64,000 bases of DNA from Dendrobates tinctorius. Taxonomy: Eukaryota. Location of the stretch: assembly GCF_039654945.1 (NCBI RefSeq), contig NW_027361819.1:5890001-5954000 (forward strand), written 5' to 3'. The notes beneath the pieces are model-generated. The model did no database searches and was not told where the DNA came from. It saw only the letters and a program-made list of their open reading frames with translations. Made by a program: the position numbers and the translations under genes. Positions 1 to 14,240 of the stretch are shown piece after piece; positions within the stretch are counted from its first letter, which is position 1, and each line of letters starts with the position of its first letter.

Positions 1-20
1 TTGGTTTGATTCTTGATTGA

Positions 21-579
21 TATATGTGTATACCAATGGCGCTCAAGCGTACACCCACAGAACACAAAGCAGCAAGTAATAAGACAACACACCACTCAAG
101 TTGTCTCCATAAAATAATAATAATAAATAAACCTGATAGAAACTTGCGCTAATTAAATGTGTCTTGGTTAAATAAAGATATCTTATGAAGAAATCTATTA
201 CCTTTACTGAAGCTAAAAACTGGCGAGGCAGGGAAAAAGGTCTTCAGAATGCAGGGTGGATTTCCAGGTCCTTTCCCAATAATACTCCCCGACACAGGTA
301 TATAAAAAGTTACTGGAGCTAAAGGGTGCTACCTCCTAGCATGCCGCCGTCCCGGCCAGTGACTGGCGCGCAGCTGGAGGTGTATATCGGCAGGCTGTAA
401 GAGTACCAGCCGCCGCTTGCAAAAGCAGGCCTGCAAGGTCCAAAAAAGCTGAAGGACCTTGCGTGACGTCACAGTCACGTGATAGATCACGTGACAGGCA
501 AGAAAGCCCTATGGGGCGCTGATGGGGCCAGAAAGCAATGGCAAACCTACGCGTTGCGGAATTCACTGATTCTTTCTTA
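21..579 (-). mobile_element. Short Penelope-type (pLTR-like) insertion interrupting the URGCP/VLIG-like exon
   Basis: 15-bp direct repeat TTGATTCTTGATTGA at 6-20 and 580-594 (TSD). Removing it restores ...FNQESNQ. A relic hammerhead-like motif (TAAGAAAGAAT..ATTCCGCAACGCGTAGG, minus) lies at 546-579. Confidence 0.65.
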
Positions 580-1473
580 TTGATTCTTGATTGAACTGGT
601 CTTGGAATATGAAGTAGTAATTATTGTCACTGCCCCCGACATGTAATAAGAAGTCCCACTGTTGTTTTGTCAAATTTTCCATAAGTATGAACACAGCAGA
701 GGACACCTTTGTTAAAAACTCAAACTGCCTCATACTTGTCTGTAAATCTCCATTTAGATTGGCCAATGCAAAAGGGTTTTCAAGTGGATTCATGTCAATT
801 TGGTAGGCAGGGAAAAACCAAGATATTTCCACCAAACCATGTGAAATAATTCCCGGCATATCTCCCCAGTCCATCACTCTTTGCAAGCAATTATTCTTAC
901 TCCTCTGTTGAGCTGCAGTTAAAATTTGCTTCATAATCTCGGCTATAGACGTGCGTTGACTCTTGCCAAGACTTACAAAGGAAAAGACTGGCAAAGGAAT
1001 GTTTACGACACTGTCTTCAGTCAATGCCCTAAGTTCAACCAACGATGGAGAAACGCTTTCCATGATAATACTTCTCATTGCCCACAACAAAAATGTGCCA
1101 TCTCCTTCTTCCCCAGCTGGAAGGAGCAGAGGAACAGGGACCTGGCACATGGACATCCTTCTTATGATCTCTTGCCGTAGAAAATTGTCTGAGCAATGGA
1201 AGAGACCGCAGAGAACATCTAGAGGGTGGACAGGTCCTGATATGTTACCTGAAATGTCCTGCTGGTTAATATCAAAGCTTCTAAAAGCTTCTTGGATATT
1301 CAATGCCATGAGATGTCTTAGAAGATGCATAGGGATGTCCTTGATGGAATTTTAGGAAGCATCTGACATTCGCACATCGCAAATGATACTTTGGACGTTT
1401 GAAAGCGACAGTTTCTGTTGTATAAATGTACCCAGACCTAAATCTTCTAAAATCATCCTGAACATCGCATTAT
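580..1473 (-). pseudogene. URGCP: URGCP/VLIG(GVIN1)-like very large GTPase, N-terminal part of the large exon; disrupted
   Basis: Acceptor ttttttttccag at 1474-1485. Translation DNAMFRMILEDLGLGTFIQQKLSL...*NSIKDIPMHLLRHLMALN...VHPLDVLCGLFHCSDNFLRQEI..MSMCQVPVPLLLP...FLLWAMRSI..ISHGLVEISWFFP..ANLNGD matches URGCP/GVIN motifs. In-frame TAA at 1352-1354; the insertion at 21-579 truncates it. The exon probably continues left of the window. Confidence 0.8.
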
Positions 1474-2020
1474 CTGGAAAAAAAAAAGTGAGAATTTTAT
1501 AAAGTCATTGGGCAAAATAGGATAGTTGCTGCTATCAAAAACTGCCAACACCCCCGCCAAACCAAATTTTCTTCTCTGCCAAATTGGTGTTTCCATCATG
1601 GGTAAACTCTGAATCTGTTCATAAATCAGAACTTTGACATAAGACATCAAGGTAGGGCCTTCATCATACATGGTCAGCATGGATTGCCAGACCAATGTTA
1701 GGTCTTATGAGTGATGTCACCTAGATCGTTGTAAGACAGAATCAGATATTTGGGATTTTTTTATACTGTCTCATAAAAGATCAGTACTAGAGTTAAACCC
1801 TCACAGGGATCAGCATTTGGCCTTGTCCTTCTGGATATTTTTGTTGGACAGATGTATGAATTTGATAACCATTAGGGTGTCCATTGGAAAGCTGACCAAA
1901 CCTACCAACTGGCAGGAAAAGACTAGAGCTAATACATGAGTATGGGAGAGTCCTGATAACTACAGTATAATCAGCTCTAGCTGCTGCCAGTGGTGTAGAC
2001 GATCATAGACCGTGACTCAC

Positions 2021-2291
2021 CAGCTCTCGTCTCACTCAGGAGGCGTAAAATCCGGGGAAATAAATGTGGATTTTGTTTCAAATGTTCCAAAAACTGTTGA
2101 CAAGCGTCTTCCCCTCCGTCCAGTAATATGTTCAAGAGTTCTTCTGTCTTCCGCCTGGGATCATCCATCTGTTCCACAGCATTGTGCCTGAGGGTATAAC
2201 GGAGCAGCACCTCAATCTCTTCTTCCAGACAGGCCAAATTTGATTGAAGAATCTTCCGGAACACTTTACGCAACCTCTCCGTAGAGCTCAT
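2021..2291 (-). CDS. CARD (death-fold) domain exon, spliced in phase to the URGCP/VLIG-like exon
   Basis: MSSTERLRKVFRKILQSNL...RRKTEELLNILLDGGEDACQQFLEHLKQNPHLFP shows the CARD-like LL..L...GE.AC..FL..L pattern. Acceptor AG at 2294-2295; donor G|gtgagt at 2021/2020; phase 1 matches the acceptor at 1473. Confidence 0.72.
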
Positions 2292-2389
2292 ATCTGGTAA
2301 TAATAAGAGAACAGTTTGCTGAGTAAAGGCTTTTATTGCTTCATGTATATATACTGTATGGACCTTGGGATGGAGACATCTATTTCTTT

Positions 2390-2545
2390 ATAAATAGTAC
2401 AGTATATCACAGCTTTACAGACATCATCATCTCTGGCCCAATCTACATTTCCCATCAGTCTTTGGTGCGTGGGAGGAAACCGGAGAACGTGAAGGAAACC
2501 CACAAAACACAGGGAGAACATTCAAACTCCTTACAGATGTCATCT
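2390..2545 (-). mobile_element. tRNA-derived SINE fragment (same family as 57470-57725)
   Basis: Reverse complement of gtttgtatgttttcccc..gtgggtttcc..ttcctccca seen at 57550-57640. Confidence 0.55.
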
Positions 2546-3469
2546 GAAAAGTAGTGATTGTGTGATTGAAATGAAGCAGCACTATAACCTCAATGATCAA
2601 TTAAATCTGCATTATTCTCTTTCACTCAAACATAAATTTTCTTGATTGGTTGCATTGTCACACATCTATACTCTTTCTTCACTGTTTTACGCTTATGCTC
2701 CCTATTGGTAAGTTGTGTGTTTTGATGTCCTCTCACTATTCAAATTCATTTGAAAATGGCTGCTGCATTCCCTGCCTTGGCTTTTATACAGGCACTGATA
2801 GTCCCTCTTAATCAGCTGTACTATACCATGTGATGTGATAGCAAGGCATGATGGGGAAAACTGGCCAGCTACACGTGATGTCCGGTGATTCTTTAGCTGA
2901 TTCAATTTTTTGAAATGTATAAAATAACAACAGCCTCTCACATATTTTTTTTAATTCTCTGGCTTAAAGACGCCATCATCCTCCTCCTCCCTTCAATGTT
3001 TTTATTCTTTTAATATATTGCAGTCATCATGCTTACAAACTTACAATTGCTCATTTTGTCCTTCTACCCAGCTATGTCTTCTCTTTTGTCCCCTCTGAAA
3101 TCATTCCCCATTCACTCCTGACTCGGCTGCTCCCTCCTCCCCCTGTCACTGACTTTTGCAGTGATGACTCATGCAGGGAAAATTGACCTCCAGTTTCCAC
3201 ATAGAGCTTAGAAGGAATCATCTCATCAGTTATTATCCATGTGATGTCATAGACCAAATGGAAAAGAGAAGAATGATCTGGGTAGAAAGGAGGAATGAGC
3301 AATTGTAAGTGCACAGTGCTGTATAATATGATGACTGCAATATATTAAGAGGAGAACACTGTGATGGGAGGAGGAGGAGGAGGAGTTCTGATTTCAGTGA
3401 ATTTCTAAAACTTTGACATAAATTTGCATTGTATCAAATTTCTCATCTCTAGTAGAAATTGCTTTTAAC

Positions 3470-4050
3470 CAGATAAGATGGCAGCAGACTTCGGCAGTAA
3501 ACCTGGTGTAAGGTGGTTCTGTCAGTGGTCGAATGGCAGTTCTAAAACAACTTCCGCAAACAGGATTGGAGCAAGCTTCTGCATTTCCCAGAGTCCTAGG
3601 GTAGCCCTGGCCTTCACCCTATAACCCTTATACAGAGATTTGGACTTACACAAGGGTCCCGGGGCGAGGACGACAGAGCCAGCTGCTGTTCAGTGGCACA
3701 GGTTGGTAAAAAGGATAGTTAGGGAGCTGGGCCAAAACCAAGAGGGCATCAAAGGTACAAAATCATCAGGCAGGAGAAACGTCAATAAATAAATCGAGGT
3801 CAAAACAGGAAAGCACAAATATAGCTCAAGAGCAGAAGACACAGACCAAACCAGGGATGCACAAGCTATATCTGGCAGCTTCCAGCAGTAAGCTGAAAGC
3901 TGAAATAGGGTGAGGTGCTTTCCAATTGGCAGAGGCAGGGAGCTGATAACTCCAGCTAGAAAGCACAAACACCCCCTCACTGCCAGACTGTACGACACTG
4001 CAGGTCTCAGCCATGCAAATCTAAGAGGCTGGACAGAGCCTTCCAGAGCC
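3470..4050. mobile_element. Gypsy-type LTR-like fragment
   Basis: Sequence character resembles anuran Gypsy LTRs. Boundaries approximate; no TSD found. Confidence 0.3.
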
Positions 4051-4593
4051 TCTGGTTTCAATGTTCTCTTCTATCACCAGCGCCACCCGCAGAATGAATG
4101 CGAAAATGTGAAAAATACCAGTAAATAATATGCCACAATAATGCTGGAAAAAGGCAGAAAAAAGTCACGTGGCCAAAAACATTGAAAAACTGCTCAGGAA
4201 ATGACCTTAAAAATGATAGAAGAGAAACAGGAAAAAATGCCGGAGCTTCCTGAAAGAGCTTCCTGGGGAAACAGTCAGTGGGTTCTGTCGCTGGAATAAC
4301 CGCTGTCTGCACGTATCCTGTGGGAGGAAGCCGTGTCCTGATGTATGCTATGTTATGTGGCTTTCTGACTGGACGCTGCCCAGATTGCTCCAGATTCCAC
4401 TTATATAAAACATGATCTGCACTTTCTATTTTCCAACCAGACATTTTGCAAAACCTAAAGCCAAAAACCACTGAAAAGACCAAACACATGAAGAGCAGAA
4501 CGGCTTAAAAATAGAATTGAATGGCACTAGCTTTCAAAAGGTGTAAAACAATTTTTTTAAGGTGTTTTTGGGGCGGACTGATTCACAATACGT

Positions 4594-4850
4594 AGTGTTA
4601 CATAGGACTGCAGGTGACATCTACTCCATTATCTGTACTCAGAGAGTTATCACTGTGTTATCTGTGGTGTTACATAGGACTGCAGGTGACATCCACGCCA
4701 TTATCTGTACTCAGAGAGTTATCACTGTTATCTGTGGTGTTACATAGGACTGCAGGTGACATCTACTTCATTATCAGTACTCAGAGAGTTATCACTGTGT
4801 TATCTGTGGTGTTACATAGGACTGCAGGTGACATCTACTACATTATCTAT
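4594..4850. repeat. ~71-bp tandem repeat (about 3.5 copies)
   Basis: cataggactgcaggtgacat recurs at 4601, 4673, 4743 and 4815. Confidence 0.9.
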
Positions 4851-5123
4851 ATGAATAGGAGGTGGATGTGCAGTACCAGTTCCACTACAAGTAGAATGAG
4901 CAGCTTGGTAAGTGTTTCCAGCCAGCGGCCACTGCCATCAACACCGATAACAATTGTTTGGTGGGGGTGCCGGGTGTCAGATCCCGACCGATCAGATATT
5001 GATGACCTATCCTAAGGATAGGCCATCAATGTAAAAGTAGCGGACAACCTCTTTAAAGGATCGACCTCCATACTGTGCCCTTCTACAGCCCTCCCAGAAG
5101 CTTCTCCCCATTCCCAGTCTTAC

Positions 5124-5778
5124 TGGGGCCTTGTTCTCTGTAGGTTTCTCTTCTCCTGGGTGCAGGTCTTCCTTTGAGTCTTCTTCTGGGTGCAGGTCTT
5201 CCTTTAAGTCTTCTTCTGGGTGCAGGTCTTCCTTGGTGCCTTCTTTTGGGTGCAGGTCTTCCTTGCAGTCTTCTTCTGAGTGCAGGTCCTCCTTGGAGTC
5301 TTCTTCTGGGTGCAGGTCTTCCTTTGAGTTTTCTTCTGGGTGCAGGTCTTCCTTGCAGTCTTCTTCTGAGTGCAGGTCCTCCTTGGAGTCTTCTTCTGGG
5401 TGCAGGTCTTCCTTGGTGCCTTCTTTTGGGTGCAGGTATTCCTTGGAGTCTTTTACTGGGTCAGGTATTCCTTAGAGTCTTCTTCTGGATGCAGGTTTTC
5501 TTGAAGATTTCTTCTGGGTGCAGGTATTCCTTGGAGTCTTCTTCTGGGTGCAGGTTTTCCTTTAAGATTTCATCTGGGTGCATTTATTCCTTGGAGTCTT
5601 CTTCTGGGTGGAGGTTTTCCTTGGTGTCTTCTGGTTGCAGGTCTTCCTTGGAGTCTTCTTCTAGCTGCAGGTTTTCCTTTTATCCTTCTTCCATGTTGAG
5701 ATCTTCCGTGGAGTCGTTTTCTCTATCTCTGACGACTCGTCTTCTGCTGTTACTTGTTTTCTTCTCATTTCTTTTCTC
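5124..5778 (-). pseudogene. Degenerate acidic-repeat exon: 30-bp tandem repeat encoding (PEEDSKEDLH)n on the minus strand
   Basis: About 17 copies of the 30-bp unit. Pyrimidine-rich acceptor ttgttcctcccag at 5779-5791 and donor gtaaga at 5123. Variation between copies looks codon-like, but there are TAA stops and 1-bp deletions. Confidence 0.5.
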
Positions 5779-6183
5779 CTGGGAGGAACAATGAAGGAGC
5801 AGCTGCGGCTCAATAATCGCTGCCCTGTGAACACGGCGCAATCAGTAAGAACCCCGTCGGCTGGTTACATTAAACTCCGCTGCCCCTCGCTCTTTATTGA
5901 CACCCATCAGTGTTGGTGCGATCCCTAATTTTAGGAGTTTCATGTTGATTACAACAACCTGATCCAAGAGCACAATGATTGGCTGTAGCGCTGTCACCGC
6001 TGCTGCCAATCAACAGCAACCATAGCCCAGGTAGAGCAGGTACAGATCAGTGTGTTAGTTTACATTTTCCTGACCATCTGGCAGCAGCTGCACAGATCTG
6101 GTTTGTGAGGTCTCAATTCACTGACAGAAAGCAGACACCTCCGCCCTGCAGATCTCCTGGGTCGGAAACTTCTGGCTCTTCTC

Positions 6184-6296
6184 AAAGTGAAAGTGAAAAT
6201 TTCTCAGAGACGAATCAGTCAGCGCTGCCTGCAACGAAGGGGGAGGGGGATAATGTCCAGGAAAACGAAAAATATCTGAAAAGATCAAGTGAAACT
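6184..6296. promoter_or_regulatory. IRF-E/ISRE cluster upstream of the CARD-URGCP gene
   Basis: AAAGTGAAAGTGAAA at 6184-6198, GAAAACGAAA at 6261-6270 and AAGTGAAACT at 6287-6296. Confidence 0.6.
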
Positions 6297-6531
6297 AGAC
6301 AGATGATACCGTCATGGCCGAAAGTGTTGGCACGCTTTATATTTTTCCAGAAAAAGTATTTCTCCCAGATTATTGCAATTACACACATTTTGTTATACAC
6401 AAATTTATTTCCTTTGTGTTTATTGGAACAACACAACAACAACAAAAAAGAGAAAAAAAAAAGGCAAATTGGATATAATTTCACACTAAACCCCAAAAAT
6501 AGGCGGGACAAAATTGTTGGCACCGTCAACA

Positions 6532-7870
6532 TAACCTCTTTCCGACGTTTGGTCGTAATAGTACGCCCACATCGGAATTCCTTCCTTTGATGTTGGCTCC
6601 TGCACCGAGACCACATCTTTCCCGGCACATGTCAGCTGTTTTGAACAGCTGACATGTGCCTCTAACAGCCGCGGGTGGAATCGCGATCCATTCACTGTGG
6701 CTGTTAACCTATTACATGCCACTATCAATTTCTGACAGCAGCATTTAATGAAATCATGCCAGAAGTGCGTAACTAATCCCGCCCATCGGTGACCCCGTCA
6801 TGTGATCGCGGGTCACCGATGGGTTGGCATGACAACCAGAGGCCTCCAGCAGACCTCTATGGTTGTCATTTCTGGATTGCTGTGAGCGCCGCCTGGTGCA
6901 ATGATGGGCGATAAAAAGATCATATCTACACCAAAATGGTATCAATAAAAACGTCAGCTTGACGCGCAAAAAATATGCGCTCACCCAACCCGAGATCACG
7001 AAAAATGGAGACGCTACAGGTCTCGAAAATGGGACTTTTTTTTTTTACCAAAGTTTGGATTTTTTTCACCACTTATATAAAAAAGAACCTATAAATGTTT
7101 GGTGTCTATGAACTTGTAATGACCTGGAAAATCATAATGGCAGCTCAGTTTTAGCATTTAGTGAACATAGTAAAAAAAAAAAAAAAAAAAAACAACTGTG
7201 GAATTGCCCTTTTTTTGCAATTTCTCCGTAGTGGGAATTTTTTCCCTGTTTTCCAGTGCACAAAATGTTAAAGCCAATGGTGTCGCTCAAAAGTACAACT
7301 CTTCCTGCAAAAAACAAGCCAGCATATGGTCATTTTGACTGAAAAATAGAAAAGTTATGGCTCTGGGAAGAAGGGGAGCGTCAGGAGGTTATGAATTATT
7401 ATCCATTGCTCTGGGAACACAACCAGAGCTGGCCTACTGCTCCTCCAACCATTGGTTTCTGTGAGGCCAGGTCCTGCATGCAGTCCCACTCTTTCTCTGT
7501 GTATTTCCACCCCCCTTCAAGCAAATGGTCAGTTTTATTGCCTGCCATCACTAGCAGAGCTGAATGCGTTTTCCCTCCAAAAACCTCTTTGTCTTATAAG
7601 CAACACTCTCAAAGTCAGATTCAATAATACACATTAATCCAAGAAACATGAAAATTAGATTTCCAGGATCTGGGTACTTGGGGTTACGCATGGCAGTGTT
7701 TTGCGGCATTTAGGGCTATCAGAAACCTGGGAAATGAATTTCTGCCCACCAGCAAATCACAGACCTACCGTGTGTGGACTCTACAAAAACGGTAAATAGC
7801 AAGGGAAAAAATAATGCCAAAATTGTTGGCCTGTGAGCTTCCAGGCCAAAGATATGAAGGAAAGGAGTTA
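6532..7870. mobile_element. Non-autonomous TTAA-type (piggyBac/Kolobok-like) DNA element, degenerate
   Basis: Imperfect termini taacctctttcc / ggaaaggagtta. The 5' part is homologous to 58557-58660 and the interior resembles 21950-22610 and 28620-29280. Confidence 0.4.
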
Positions 7871-8309
7871 TCGATAACTTTCAAAGATATGGGTACCTCT
7901 CAGAAAACAGCCCATATGTGAGGTCAGCAAAGTGGGAGTTCTTAGTTTTATGACCGATGCATAAAACAGGAACGTCCATCTTTGGCATTCATTCAGAGCC
8001 AGGAGAGACAGCTGGACACCATGCTGGGGTTCTGGATCATTTCTTTGGGATCTCTCCTCCCCTTTATTGACAAGTCATACCTGCTACTGAGATTTAGTAA
8101 GTTTTTGTATTTTCATCCCATTTATTTCAGAACTGTTTGTACATACTTGTATTTTGTCTCTTTTGTAATATCTTTTGTATCTTTTGTAAACACTGCCGAT
8201 TCTTCCGGAGTAAAATTATAAATTTGCTAGCTTCGTTCTTCTTCTTCTTCTTCGATCCGACACGTACTCCACGCAAATTCACGATAACAAACAGGTGTCC
8301 GATTCACCT

Positions 8310-8526
8310 ATAAGGGTATATGCAGATGCTGCGGATTCTGCTGCGAATCCGCAGCGGGTTTGCCTCTGCGGATCTGCTGCAGATCCGCAAACATTGTACA
8401 GTACAATGTTATCCAATCGGTTTTCAAAACCACAGTGCACATGCTGTGGATTTTTCCGCGCGGATTTGCTGCGGTTTTAAATCCGCAGCATGTCAATTCT
8501 TTCTGCGGATTCCTCAGCGGTTTGAC
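8310..8526. mobile_element. Palindromic MITE fragment (GCGGAT/ATCCGC repeats)
   Basis: Internal inverted repeats of tgcggat/atccgca. Confidence 0.45.
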
Positions 8527-10948
8527 ATCGTGATAATATATATGAATCTAATGAAAATGTAGAGTCCCTGTGGGTAGAGATAAGGGGAGGGGGGAAAAAT
8601 AATAAATTACTGATAGGGGTTTGTTATAAGTGTCCAAAAATAATGGAAGCAACAGAGAATATCCTCATAAAGCAAATAGATGAAGCGGCGACTCAAGGAG
8701 AAGTCATTATTATGGGGGACTTCAACAACCCTGAAATACATTGGGGAACCTGAACCTGCAGTTCCAGCAAAGGTGATAGGTGTCTGACAACGATGAGAGA
8801 CAATTACCTTTCACAACTGGTTCAGGACCCAACAAGAGGGGGCACTGCTAGACCTAATATTAACCAACAGGCGAGACCGCATATCAAATGTAAGGGTTGG
8901 GGGTCACTGGGGGAATAGTGATCACAAATTAATAAGTTTTCATGTATCCTTTAATAAGATGTGTAGTAGAGGGGTTACAAGGACACTAAACTTCAGGAAG
9001 GCAAATTTCCACCGGATGAGAGATGATCTTGGTGCAATTAACTGGGACGATGTCCTGAGACATAAAAATACACAAAGACAATGGGAGACGTTTATTATCC
9101 TCCTGAATAGGAGCTGTGCACAATATATACCGTATGGGAATAAACCTGCGAGAAATAGGAGGAAACCACTATGGCTAAATAGAGCTGTAAGGGGTGCAAT
9201 AAGGGACAAAAAGAAAGCAGAGAATTACAGCAAGTAGGTAGTGATGAGGCATTAAATAAAAACAGAAAATTAAATAAATTCTGTAAAAAGCAAATCAAGA
9301 CAGCAAAGATTGAGACAGAGACTCATTGCCAGAGAAAGTAAAAATAATCCCAAAATATTCTTTAACTACATAAATAGTAAGAAGCTAAAAAATGATAGTG
9401 TTGGTCCCCTTAAAAATAGTCTGGGTGAAATGGTGGATGTGGATGAGGAAAAAGCCAATATGCTAAATGACTTTTTTTCAACAGTATTTACACAAGAAAA
9501 TCCCATGACGGATAACATGATCAGGGATAAAAAATTCTCTGTTAGATGTCACCTGCTTAACCCAGCAGGAAGTACGGCGACGTCTAAAAATCATTAAAGG
9601 TGACAAATCCCCGGGCCCGGATGGGATGCACCCCCGAGTACTGCAGGAAGTAAGCACAGTCATAGATAGAACATTATTCTTAATCTTTAAGGATTCCATA
9701 ATAACAGGGTCTGTACCACAGGACTGGCGTATGGCAAATGTGGGGCCAATATTCAAAAAGGGGACAAAAAGTGAACTTGGAAATTATCGGCCAGTAAGTT
9801 TAACCTCAACTGTGGGTAAAATCCTGGAGGGTTTTCTAAGAGATACTATACTGGAGTATCTGGAGAAGAATAACCTTATGACCCAATATCAACATGGGTT
9901 TACAAGGGACCGTTCCTGTCAGACTAATCTGATAAGCTTTTATGAAGAGGTAAGTTCCAGACTGGACCAAGGGAATGCAGTGGACGTGGTGTACATGGAC
10001 TTTTCAAAAGCTTTTGATACGGTGCCACACAAAAGGTTGATACATAAAATGAGAACAATGGGGATAGGGGAAAATATGTGTAGGTGGGTTAAGAGCTGGC
10101 TCAGGGATAGGAAACAAAGGGTGGTTATTAATTGAGCACACTCAGACTGGGTCATGGTTAGCAGTGGGGTACCACAGGGGTCAGTTTTGGGCCCGTTTCT
10201 TTTTAACATATTTATTAATGACCTTGTAGGGGGCATAGAGAGTAGAATTTCAATATTTGCAGATGACACTAAACTCTGCAGGGTATCAATACAGAGGAGG
10301 ACAATTTTATATTACAGGAGGATTTATGTAAACTAGAAGCTTCGGCAGATAAATGGCAAATGAGCTTTAATGGGGATAAATGTAAGGTCATGCACTTGGG
10401 TAGAACGAACAAGATGTATAATTATGTGCTTAATTGTAAAACACTGGGCAAAACTGTCACTGAAAAAGACCTGGGTGTATGGGTGGACGACAAACTCACA
10501 TTTAGTGGCCAGTGTCAGGCAGCTGCTGCAAAGGCAAATAAAATAATGGGATGCATTAAAAGAGGCATAGATGCTCATGAGAACATAATGTTACCTCTAT
10601 ATAAGTCACTAGTGTGACCACACTTAGAATACTGTGTACAGTTCTGGTCTCCGGTGTATAAGAAAGACATAGCTGAACTGGAGCGGGTGCAGAGAAGAGC
10701 GACCAAGGTTATTAGGGAGCTAGGGGGTCTGCAATACCAAGACAGGTTATTACTCTTGGGGTTATTTAGTTTGGAGAATCAAAGGCTTAGGGGTGATCTT
10801 ATTACAATGTATAAATATATGCGGGGACAGTACAAAGACCTTTCTAATGATCTTTTTACTCTTAGACCTGTGACGGGGACAAGGGGGCATCCTCTATGTC
10901 TGGAGGAAAGATGGTTTAAGCATACTCACAGATGCGGATTCTTTACTG

Positions 10949-10951
<3 letters not shown>
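8527..10951 (+). mobile_element. CR1 LINE family A, 5'-truncated, degenerate ORF2 (APE C-terminus + RT)
   Basis: [46 protein letters not shown] and FADDTKL motifs, with frameshifts and stops. Confidence 0.92.
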
Positions 10952-12545
<1,594 letters not shown>

Positions 12546-12614
12546 ATGGGCTATCAAATTTTTCAAATTTTCTGTTTTGTGAGTCATGCCTTCAGTTTGG
12601 TATGTAGATAGATA

Positions 12615-14240
12615 CAGTGAGAACAGAAAGTATTCAGACCCCTTTAAATTTTTCACTCTGTTTCATTGCAGCCATTTGGTAAATTCAAAAAAGTTCATTT
12701 TTTTCTCATTAACGTACACTCTGCTCCCCATCTTGACTTAAAAAGACCAGAAATTTAGAATTTTTTGCAAATTTATTAAAAAAGAAAAACTGAAATCTCA
12801 CATGGTCATAACTATTCAGCTCCTTTGCTCAGTGTGGAGGAGAAGCACCTTTTGAGCTAGTACAGCCATGAGTCCTATTGGGAATGATGCCACAAGTTTT
12901 TCACCCCTGGATTTGGGGATCCTCAGCCATTCCTCCTTGCAGATCCTCTCCGGTTCGGTCAGGTTGGATGATGAACGTTGGTTTTGCGCAATTTTCAGGT
13001 TTCTCCAGAGATGCTCAATTGAGTTTAGGTCTGGGCTCTGGCTGGGCCAGTCAACAATGGTCACAGAGTTGTTCTGAAGCCACTCCTTTGCTATTTTAGC
13101 TGTGTGCTTAGGGTCATTGTCTTGTTGGAAGGTGAACCTTCAGCCAAGTCTGAGGTCCAGAGCACTCTGGAAGACGGTTTCATCCAGGATATCTCTGTAC
13201 TTGGCCGAATTCATGTTTCCTTCAATTGCAACCAGTCGTCCTGTCCCTGCAGCTGAATGAAAAACACCCCCATAGCAAGATGCTGCCACCACCATGTTTC
13301 ACTGTTGAGATTGTATTGGGCAGGTGATGAGCAGTGCCTGGTTTTCGCCACACATACTGCTTAGAATTATCACCAAAAAGTTCTATCTTTGTCTCATCAG
13401 ACCAGAGAATCTTATTTCTCATAGTCTGGGAGTCCTTCATGTGTTTTTTAGTAAACTCTATGCTACTTTCATATGTCTGACACTGAGGAGAGGCTTCTGT
13501 TGGGCCTCTCTGCCATAAAGGCCTGACTGGTGGAGGGCTGCAGTGATAGTTGACTTTGTGGAACTTTCTCCCATCTCCCTACTGCATCTGTGGAGCTCAG
13601 CCACAGTGATCTTGGGGTTCTTCTTTACCTCTCTCACCAAGGCTCTTCTCCCACGATTGCTCAGTTTGGCTGGACGGCCAGGTCTAGGAAGACTTCTGGT
13701 GGTCCCAAACTTCTTCCATTGAAGGATTATGGAGGCCACTGTGCTCTTAGGAACCTTGAGTACTGCAGAAATTCTTTTGTAACCTTGGCCAGATCTGTGC
13801 CTTGCCACAATTCTGTCTCTGAGCTCCTTGGCTAGTTCCTTTGGCCTCATGATTCTCATTTGGTGTGACATGCACTGTGAGCTGTGAGGTCTTATATAGA
13901 CAGGTGTGCACCTTTACAAATCAAGTCCTGTCAGTGTAATTACACACAGCTGGACTCCAATGAAGGAGTAGAACCATCTCAAGGAGGATCACAAGGAAAT
14001 GGACAGCATGGGACTTACATATGAGTGTCCGAGCAAAGGGTCTGAATACTTATGATCATGTGATATTTCGGTTTTTCTTTTTTAATAAATTTGCAAAAAT
14101 TTCTACATTTCTGTTTTTTTTCTGTCAAGATGGGGTGCAGAGTGTACATTAATGAGAAAAAAATGAACTTTTGTGAATTTAACAAATGGCTGAGAAGAGT
14201 GAAAAATTTAAAGGGGACTGAATACTTTCCGTACCCACTG
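12615..14240 (-). mobile_element. Tc1-like transposon with both long TIRs and TA TSD; transposase frameshifted
   Basis: TA|CAGTG..AAAGTATTCAGACCCCTTTAAATTTTTCACTC and the inverted copy ending CACTG|TA at 14240. ORFs contain [27 protein letters not shown] and WPSQSPDLNSIEHLW. Inserted in a (GATA)n microsatellite. Confidence 0.93.

Noticed and set aside
5131-5794. Plus-strand ORFs (114 and 206 aa; SSGCR and LLLGAG repeats)
   Set aside because: Antisense read-through of the 30-bp repeat; splice signals and amino-acid content favour the minus strand.
5979-6628. 203-aa and 137-aa ORFs
   Set aside because: They span repeat fragments, a Tc1-like TIR piece and regulatory motifs, with no domain signature.
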